DNA of 64,000 nucleotides from an uncultured Verrucomicrobiae bacterium (GTDB lineage Bacteria; Chlamydiota; Chlamydiia; Chlamydiales; Rhabdochlamydiaceae): NCBI GenBank assembly GCA_963818965.1, contig CAWFUG010000009.1, positions 352,001 to 416,000 of the forward strand, read 5' to 3'. Shown piece by piece: positions 57,001 to 64,000 of this stretch (position 1 is its first letter; each line of letters starts with the position of its first letter). The notes under the pieces were generated by a model. It saw only the letters and a program-made list of their open reading frames with translations, ran no database searches and was not told where the DNA came from. The position numbers and the translations under genes were made by a program.

Positions 57001-59691
57001 ATGCACGCAGTCCCCGTAGCGACGCATAACAGGTGGCCCGTCTGGACACTACAAGAGGCCCATCAGTTGGATAGGCTTGAGCGCTTGTGCCATCGAGCGG
57101 AAACCTCTTCGAAAGACGATCTTTCGTTTTATAAGCTCGTCAGGAAAATGCAGAGTTTGGGGATCGTGCCTCGATTACCCGCTCTTTCTCACGATCTGCG
57201 GGTTCAAACGTTGATGGATCTATTCTCCCATTACCGGCGCTTCGCTCGGAAAGGGCTGAGGGGAGATGTCATTGCCTTTGATGCGCTGAGGCTTAAGGCG
57301 CGAGTGTCTAAAGACTCTCAAGAGTTGCGAGAAATCTCGATGAAAATGAAGCAACTGAATCTTTTGGGAAAATTGGGACAGTTCAAGGGGACAGAAGAGA
57401 GCGTCGCGCGCTGTAATCGGATGACGCTAAGAGTAGAAAAAAGGGCTGCGCAGCAGCTAAACCTCGAAGTGGAAAAAGCTGGGCGGGATGATCTTCATCT
57501 CTATGCTCTGGTGGCAAGGATGCTGAATTTCGATTTTGGAGATCCAAAGCTACTCTCTCAGCTTCAAAGAAAAGCCCAAGAAAAAATCCAGCGAGATATC
57601 GACACTTTTTATGGCTTAAGCGCTCAGTTGCCAGGGTCCTCAGATGAAGACCTGCTCAGAATCACTCTCGATAAATTGGAAAGACTCAATCTCGTCGATA
57701 AACTGAGCTATTTTGAGGGGATAGAGGGGATTCAGCAGGAGTACCAGCTCGCATTAAAACAGGTGAGCGCAAAGATCCCGGTCCCCGGACTACCTGATGA
57801 TATTTTATCCCTGATCTGTCGGCGTCTCTCTCTTCCTGGATTGATCAGCTTTGCGTGCACGAACAAGGGAATGCGCGATGCGATTTATGGTAATTCCCTG
57901 ATTTGGACACATTTTTGGGTAAGGCTTTATCCAACAGATCCTCAAAAAGAATTGCCCAATGCACTACCTGTCGTGCCTCAAACGCATTCCCTTTTCAAAC
58001 AAGAGCTAAAAAAGCAGTTTCTGCACAATCTGGCCACTGGCACCCACACTTCGACCTCATTGGGTTCGCTCTCTAGCGGTGGAACCTGTTTTCAGTGGCA
58101 TGAGGGACGGGTGTATTTAGCTGAATCAGACGGGAATATTTGCATTGATGAGGAGCGAAAGACTGCAGGAAATCTCATTGAGAATGAGAGGATAGGAAAT
58201 CTCATTGGGAATGGGAATCAGATTAAATGCTTAGAAATTCATGCTCCTTTTCTCTGTAGCCACGCTGTGGATGGAATTGTGACGATCTGGAATCTCGAAG
58301 CTTCTGGCGGCTGCATTTTTCAGATTCAAGACTGCGAGAAGTTCAAGATTCACAATCAGCAGATTTACGCTCTTACCTCTAAAGAAGAACGACCTTCGGT
58401 TCCCAACGACGACGGCACCCCTAAAAAGAGTCGTAGGATTCATGGTTGGGACTTGGCTACAGGTAAGAAATTGGACAGAAAGAAGTTTCCAGAATTCATT
58501 GTCGATTTCGATTTTTATGGGGATGAAATGGTCGTAGCCACGGCAAAACAGAAGATTCAGCGGTACTGTTTTGATCGGAATGGGACAGCGATCCTGGTGG
58601 AAGAGATCCCATTGAAACACCCTTATAAAAAGGGGTTTGTTGGCCAACTTAAAATCGAGGGGGATCGACTGTTGGTTCTCTTCCATGGTTCCGGTAGGTG
58701 GAGGTGGCGGGGATTTGGCTATCCTTGTTTTGTGTGGCATCTACCGAGTAAAACAGAGGATTTTTATATCGATTTTGGCCAAGAGCCCCAACAACTCTTT
58801 ATTCATGAAGATGTTTTATACCCCGTCTTTGATTCAGATAGGGGAGAGAAAGAAGTAGGCCTTCACTTTTTTGATTCAGATTGGGATAAGGGAGGGCAAG
58901 AAGTGCTGCCTTACATTTTAACCTCCCATATCGATCTTCCCTCTTCTGAAAAGGATGAGTTGTTAAAAATGGGAGCCCGTAGTCTTCATGAACATGAATA
59001 TTCCATGGTTCCTAAAGAGGTGTGTCGCTGTCCCCATTTTGGGATAGGTCCATACGCACCAAGTGTCTGGGATCCTAAAGATAGAATTCAGGTATCGGGG
59101 ACCCAATGCTTTGTCTATTCCGTTACAAACGGTCATTTTCAAGTTTTAGATTGGAAGACATCTCCCTGTCCCTCTCTTTACTTACAAAAAGATCTCGAAA
59201 AGAGTTTGGAAATTCTCCAAGAAATCCAAAAGGTGGCGGAGCAAAACGGAGCGCATGGGGTCAGATCTTCCCTTTTAGACCAGCTTCCCCTCGAGCATTT
59301 CCAGGCATGCCTGAAGCCTCATTTAGTAGCTAATACGCCTTTGAGCCCCACGTTTTTCACCGTCCTCGCACGAGTCAAAGTGTTGATCCACATCGAGCAG
59401 CTCTTGCACGCCTTCTATCATAAAAACTTTGATCTAGTGGGTGTTTTAGCCGAACAGCTGGAAGAGCTAATCGGCAAGAAGTTGTGGGAGTCGTATCATC
59501 GGTTTGGGTACCGAAAGATCGATTCCGCTCCTCCGCATTTTGCGAGCGCTAAGGAATTCTTTTGTGATCCGGTAAGCGGCATCGAACAGCAGATTGCTTT
59601 TTTGCAAGAGGTTCAAACGCAGTTACAAGAAGCTTGGGATAGCGATCTCTCTAAATATCAAATCATCTTCCCTGTTTTTTATTGGAGTTAA
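57001..59691 (+). CDS. F-box / WD40-like effector candidate, tandem paralog
   Basis: Same architecture and leader (ctaaaggttt.tcATG) as 54375-56972. Confidence 0.82.
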   Translation: MHAVPVATHNRWPVWTLQEAHQLDRLERLCHRAETSSKDDLSFYKLVRKMQSLGIVPRLPALSHDLRVQTLMDLFSHYRRFARKGLRGDVIAFDALRLKARVSKDSQELREISMKMKQLNLLGKLGQFKGTEESVARCNRMTLRVEKRAAQQLNLEVEKAGRDDLHLYALVARMLNFDFGDPKLLSQLQRKAQEKIQRDIDTFYGLSAQLPGSSDEDLLRITLDKLERLNLVDKLSYFEGIEGIQQEYQLALKQVSAKIPVPGLPDDILSLICRRLSLPGLISFACTNKGMRDAIYGNSLIWTHFWVRLYPTDPQKELPNALPVVPQTHSLFKQELKKQFLHNLATGTHTSTSLGSLSSGGTCFQWHEGRVYLAESDGNICIDEERKTAGNLIENERIGNLIGNGNQIKCLEIHAPFLCSHAVDGIVTIWNLEASGGCIFQIQDCEKFKIHNQQIYALTSKEERPSVPNDDGTPKKSRRIHGWDLATGKKLDRKKFPEFIVDFDFYGDEMVVATAKQKIQRYCFDRNGTAILVEEIPLKHPYKKGFVGQLKIEGDRLLVLFHGSGRWRWRGFGYPCFVWHLPSKTEDFYIDFGQEPQQLFIHEDVLYPVFDSDRGEKEVGLHFFDSDWDKGGQEVLPYILTSHIDLPSSEKDELLKMGARSLHEHEYSMVPKEVCRCPHFGIGPYAPSVWDPKDRIQVSGTQCFVYSVTNGHFQVLDWKTSPCPSLYLQKDLEKSLEILQEIQKVAEQNGAHGVRSSLLDQLPLEHFQACLKPHLVANTPLSPTFFTVLARVKVLIHIEQLLHAFYHKNFDLVGVLAEQLEELIGKKLWESYHRFGYRKIDSAPPHFASAKEFFCDPVSGIEQQIAFLQEVQTQLQEAWDSDLSKYQIIFPVFYWS

Positions 59692-60090
59692 TACCAATCC
59701 TCGAAAATAACGTGCATTAGAGCTGCGTCAAAGCCGCCGGGATTCGACGATCGTAGGTTGGGTAGGCGTTGTTGCGTAATTCATGAGGACCTAATCTAGC
59801 TCCCCACCATTCTATTTTGAATATACCCCTTCCACCTCAATCGTACCCAAGAAAACCGAATGAAAAGTTCTCAAATTTCGAATCAAAGGGAGGGGGTAAT
59901 ATTGAATTAATATTAACCCCTTCCCTTTGATTCGAAATTTGAGGCTTTTAATCGGTTTGCTTGTGGTTACGATTGAGGTGGAAGGGGTATATATGCAATC
60001 TCACGACGGAGATGGAAAACCACAGAGAGGAAATTCATATTAAAAAATTTTCTCTCTGTGGTTTTCCATCTCTGTGGTGAGATTCAGCTA
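59692..60090. mobile_element. Nested repeat cluster: half palindromic element, GGCGTTG composite, inserted 166-bp element and CCACAGAGAG hairpin
   Basis: 59692-59763 half element (gcgtcaaagccgccgggattcgacgatcg); composite begins at 59765; element 59824-59989; hairpin 59997-60084. Confidence 0.85.
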
Positions 60091-61617
60091 TTATGGGGCA
60101 TCGACTACCTTTGAAAGGCGCGGCACGAACCAGAAGCTCGCAAAGAGGAGCAGGAATAGGCCGACTAGAATGTAGCCCATAAAGCCGAAGGCGTCATTGA
60201 GGGCGAGGGAGGTGGCCTGTTTGGTTAGGAGAGTATTGAGCTGTTCTAAAGATTGACCATCACTGAGGGAGAAGATCTCTTTGGCCCGCTTAAAATACTC
60301 AGAGGTCAGAGGAGAGTAGCCAGTCAGGTCTTCGCCGAGCCTTTCGTGGAAGAAGGCTTGCCGCCGCTGCCAGAGAATGACGTAGAGGGCGGCGCCGAGA
60401 CTGCTCGAACAGGAGCGGACGACTTGGAAGAGGGTAAAGATGGGCGTTGCCTTCTCAGGTCCGTAACTTAAAAGAGCGAGGTTGAGGGCAGGCATGAGGA
60501 AAAGGCCGAGTCCCACTCCCGCAATAAAGCGCGCGACGGCGAGGTGAAAGAAATCGACCGTGACATCGAAATAGGTCGAGTAGTAGCAGGAGCTCGCAAA
60601 GGCAAGAATGGCAAGAGCGAGGAGAAAGCGCGGGTCGAACATGCGCAGACAACTCTTGGCAACGCCGTATGCGACGACACCGCCTACTGCCATCGCACCG
60701 AGTAGCACAGCAATCCAGGCGGGACTATAGTTGACGTAGATCTTGAGCCAGAGGGCAATCAAGATGATCATCCCAAAGTAGGCGGAAAAGAGAATAGCGA
60801 GGTTGAGAAGAGAGTAAGAGAGCAGCGGGCTCTTGAGGAGTTTGAGCTCTAGTAGAGGTTCAGACTGGTACAAATTGCGGAAGATAAAAAAGCTAAGGGA
60901 TGGAATTCCGATGGCAAGGAGCAAAAGAAAGAGAGGGGAGCGGTGCCAATCGAGCTCTTGAGCTAGGGTTAGCGCAGTGACGAGGGATGTCAATCCCACA
61001 AAGAAAAAGAAATACCCTATCCGATTAAAAGAAGGTATAGCTTCATCCTCAACCAACTCTTTTTTCCAAAAGAAATAAAAAAAATAGGCAGCTAAGAGAA
61101 GCGAAAGGGGTTCATTGACGTGGAAGATCCATTTCCAATGAGACTCATAAGAGACCCAAGCCCCGAAGGAGCCGCCGATGACGGGAACAATCACGTACAT
61201 CAGGAGCATGAGGACCGAGTAGTTTTCCCTCTTTTCTTTGGGAGCAAAAGCAATGAGCAATCTCCGACACAACATATAAAAAAGCCCAGAGGCTGCACCT
61301 AGCGCTAAGCGAAAGAGATTGAACCAAAAAAATGTCGGAGCGATTGCGCAAAGAAGCGAAAAAACAGTATAGGCTAAAAGGCCGTGGATGAGGAGCTTGA
61401 AAGTGCCGATTCGATCCGCTAGGGGGTTGGCGAGGGGGATTGTGAGTGCATTGCCGAGTCCAAAAAATACCATCGAGTAGACGGAGATGTCGTTACTACC
61501 ACCGAGATCGGAGACGATGTAGACTCCTCCTAGGCTTGTGATGGTGTTGTAGAAGATGGCCAGGAAGAGGGTGGCAAAGACACACAGAAAGAAGAACGGA
61601 GGAGCTTTTTCCCTCAT
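60091..61617 (-). CDS. emrB: DHA2/EmrB-family MFS efflux permease
   Basis: 14-TM MFS pattern; WKWIFHVNEP, PLLELKL, ALNDAF. Confidence 0.85.
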   Translation of the reverse strand: MREKAPPFFFLCVFATLFLAIFYNTITSLGGVYIVSDLGGSNDISVYSMVFFGLGNALTIPLANPLADRIGTFKLLIHGLLAYTVFSLLCAIAPTFFWFNLFRLALGAASGLFYMLCRRLLIAFAPKEKRENYSVLMLLMYVIVPVIGGSFGAWVSYESHWKWIFHVNEPLSLLLAAYFFYFFWKKELVEDEAIPSFNRIGYFFFFVGLTSLVTALTLAQELDWHRSPLFLLLLAIGIPSLSFFIFRNLYQSEPLLELKLLKSPLLSYSLLNLAILFSAYFGMIILIALWLKIYVNYSPAWIAVLLGAMAVGGVVAYGVAKSCLRMFDPRFLLALAILAFASSCYYSTYFDVTVDFFHLAVARFIAGVGLGLFLMPALNLALLSYGPEKATPIFTLFQVVRSCSSSLGAALYVILWQRRQAFFHERLGEDLTGYSPLTSEYFKRAKEIFSLSDGQSLEQLNTLLTKQATSLALNDAFGFMGYILVGLFLLLFASFWFVPRLSKVVDAP

Positions 61618-62876
61618 GGAAAAATATCCTGTTCTTCTGCGATCTCTTCGCGGAGGATCGCATCCTCTATAAATGCCTCCTCGAGAATGCCGGGGAAATC
61701 GAGTCCTATTTCCCCGAGCTCAATCGACTCGCGTGCGTAGTCAGAGAGGAGGGGATCTAGGTTTGCAGCGATGATCGATTCGATCCGCTTCCCATCCCCC
61801 CTCTCTTCCCTCTCAAAAATCGGAGTGGCGTAAAGGGGAGAGCCCGCAGTCGTCGTAGGGACCATCAGCCCCCTCCTATCGCTTATGTCGACAATCGCTG
61901 TACAGCTCAGCCCCAAGCGCAACGGATGCTGCTCGATCTCTTGCGGATCGAGGGCGACCCGCACGGGAAGGCGCTGGACGATTTTGATCCAGTTTCCCGA
62001 GAGGTTTTGGGGAGGAAGTAGCGAAAAGATGTTCCCTGCGCCTCCCGGTAGGCCGACGATCGTCCCATGGAAAACCACCTCGGGCCCCCAGAGATCCACC
62101 CGAATCGATACCTTTTGACCGAGGCGCATGTGTTTGAGTTGGGTCTCTTTGTAGTTCGCATTGACCCAGATCTGATCGAGCGGGAGGACGCTCATGAGCG
62201 GTTGTCCTTCGGGAACCCACATGCCGACTTGGATCGTCCTCTGAGCGACGAGCCCTTCGATGGGGGAATAGATCTTGCACCGATAGAGAGAGACCCAAGC
62301 GTTACGCACTGCGTCTGCAGCTGCGATGACGAGAGGATGGCTGCGGATCGATGTGTTTTGAATCGCTGAAAGGCTCTTATAATAAAGCGCTCCTGTCATC
62401 TCGAGGGAGGCATATTGCGCCCGCAGTGCTGCGATCGCGTGTTCATAGTCTTCTAGAGAAACGCCCTGGTCGCGGAAGACCGCTCTGCGGTGGAGATAGT
62501 CTTGTCCATCGCGGATGAGTTGCGCTAATTTGAGATCGATCTCTTTTTGATAGACGAACACCTGGTGAAAGAGCGCACAGACTTGGCGTACGGTTTGTGC
62601 GAGATTTTCTTCCGCGTGTTCAAGGGCGATGCGCGCATCTGTCTCATCGAGACTCACGAGAAGTTGGCCGCGCTTGACCAGAAAAGAGTCATCCGTGTGG
62701 ATCGAGGTCACAAATCCCGGGTGCAAGGGGGTAATCGAGACGAGGTTACCCTGGACGTAGGCATCGTTTGTGAATTTGTGATGGCGCAGGTAGAAGAGCC
62801 AGATGAGGAAAAAGATGAGGAGGAGAAGTGCACAGCTTCCCCAAAAGTAGAGAGCGAATTTGCGGTGTGCCGTCAT
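61614..62876 (-). CDS. emrA: EmrA-family periplasmic adaptor
   Basis: TNDAYVQGN, WVNANYKETQL, FSLLPPQNLSGNWIKIVQRLPVR. Confidence 0.92.
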   Translation of the reverse strand: MTAHRKFALYFWGSCALLLLIFFLIWLFYLRHHKFTNDAYVQGNLVSITPLHPGFVTSIHTDDSFLVKRGQLLVSLDETDARIALEHAEENLAQTVRQVCALFHQVFVYQKEIDLKLAQLIRDGQDYLHRRAVFRDQGVSLEDYEHAIAALRAQYASLEMTGALYYKSLSAIQNTSIRSHPLVIAAADAVRNAWVSLYRCKIYSPIEGLVAQRTIQVGMWVPEGQPLMSVLPLDQIWVNANYKETQLKHMRLGQKVSIRVDLWGPEVVFHGTIVGLPGGAGNIFSLLPPQNLSGNWIKIVQRLPVRVALDPQEIEQHPLRLGLSCTAIVDISDRRGLMVPTTTAGSPLYATPIFEREERGDGKRIESIIAANLDPLLSDYARESIELGEIGLDFPGILEEAFIEDAILREEIAEEQDIFP

Positions 62877-64000
62877 TGGTAGCCTCCCCCTAGAGCTTTT
62901 GTCAGGTTGATGCTGACGAGATACTGTTGGAAGATCAGCCCTACATCTTCTAATTCTGTCAGGATTTTTTCCTCTAAGAGTTGGTAACTGGTAAGCGCAC
63001 TATCGATCCCCTGTTCTTGTCGTTGGCGTGTAAGCGCATACCGTTCCGTCGCATTCGCGACGATCTCCAGTTGATTTTCCTTCTTGTCGTAGACCGCTTG
63101 AGCGATGGCGAAGAGATCGGTCACCTGTTGAAAACTCTGTAAAATCAGATCGTTATATTGAGAGACGGCTTCCAAAAAGAGAGCCTTTTTTCCAGAGACA
63201 TTGGCTCCGATCGCTCCCGCTGTGTAAAGGGGTAAAGTCAAGCCGGGGATGAGCCCTGCGGTCTTGCTCGCCCAGGAGAAGATCTTCGACCAGGAGGTAC
63301 TCTCAAACCCCGCAAGCGCAGCGAGGTTGATATTTGGCCAAAAGTCAGCTTTTGCAGCTCCCACCTCGTGGGCGAGCGCATCGACCCGGAAGATCTGCGC
63401 TTTCAGATCGGGACGCCTTGCGAGCAGCTCTGTCGAGATGTCGCTTGGGATCGCGAGCTGTTCAGGGAGCGCCTTTAAGGGCTCATCGAGCCTTAACGGC
63501 ACATCGGGTCCGCGGCCTACAAGCGCGTTGACGAGGTGTATTCCGACCGCGATCTCTTGTTCAATGTCGTCCAGCCATTGTACGGCCTCGAACACCTTCT
63601 CCTCAGAGAGCAGGGGAATGAGTTTAGAATAGAGGGAATTGTCTAAGAGTTTGTTCTGCAGATCGAAATACTTTTTTCTCACGACATAGAGTCGTTGGTA
63701 GAGGTTGTACCGGATGAGATTGGTCTTTAAGGCGAAATAGGCTTGAGCAAGGGCTGTTGTGACGATGAGCTCCGCTTGGTTTTTCTCCGCTTCTGCTGAC
63801 TGTTCTCTACTTAGCGCTGCTCTGTAGAGGTTCCGGTACTTTCCCCAAAAGTCGAATTCGTAAGAAAAGGAGAGGGAAAAATCGAGAAGCGTCGCATTGA
63901 TCGGGATCTTAGGATTCAGTGCGCGGTAGAGCCCGTTTTTGCTCAAATACTCCCACTGATCGCTCGCATCGAAGGAAATGAGGGGAAGGAGCTTCGAGCG
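62873..64000 (-). CDS. Outer membrane efflux factor (TolC/NodT family), 5' end outside window
   Basis: YEFDFWGK, ELLARRPD, AKADFWP, LTKALGGG. Confidence 0.9.
   Translation of the reverse strand, partial: RSKLLPLISFDASDQWEYLSKNGLYRALNPKIPINATLLDFSLSFSYEFDFWGKYRNLYRAALSREQSAEAEKNQAELIVTTALAQAYFALKTNLIRYNLYQRLYVVRKKYFDLQNKLLDNSLYSKLIPLLSEEKVFEAVQWLDDIEQEIAVGIHLVNALVGRGPDVPLRLDEPLKALPEQLAIPSDISTELLARRPDLKAQIFRVDALAHEVGAAKADFWPNINLAALAGFESTSWSKIFSWASKTAGLIPGLTLPLYTAGAIGANVSGKKALFLEAVSQYNDLILQSFQQVTDLFAIAQAVYDKKENQLEIVANATERYALTRQRQEQGIDSALTSYQLLEEKILTELEDVGLIFQQYLVSINLTKALGGGYQ

Noticed and set aside
1044..63632. Numerous 60-170 aa antisense or alternate-frame ORFs in the track
   Set aside because: They are shadows of well-supported genes.

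Overview
This 64 kb window most likely comes from an environmental member of the Chlamydiota. That is inferred from chlamydial-type synteny (ybbR-dacA next to cydAB; nusB-murB near ytqB, tRNA-Val and infC-rpmI-rplT-pheS; yhhQ-tgt with a GGSxG-type TGT) and from many eukaryote-like effector candidates. Housekeeping blocks alternate with accessory genes: 8 F-box(-like) proteins, 3 LRR proteins with an IpaH/NEL-like C-terminal domain lacking the catalytic Cys, an AbiE type IV TA pair, RhuM, a TipA/Mta regulator, EmrAB-TolC, LicD and two signal-peptide-bearing SAM-fold enzymes. The most unusual signal is non-coding: a superfamily of TA-flanked palindromic miniature elements (TA-TACCCC...GGGGTA-TA, full length about 162-166 bp). 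Their arms differ between copies yet stay self-complementary, and their central loops are flipped between copies. They form tandem arrays and nest inside a second repeat family (CCACAGAGAG hairpins inside a GGCGTT-ended composite), where a filled versus empty site shows a TA duplication. Two copies sit in frame inside ORFs (+55 and +15 codons). Also notable are an intact but apparently catalytically dead ThrRS paralog at the ancestral thrS-infC position and a 1-nt frameshift in tgt. No CRISPR array, rRNA, transposase or integrase was seen. All family calls come from motif recognition by eye, not database searches.
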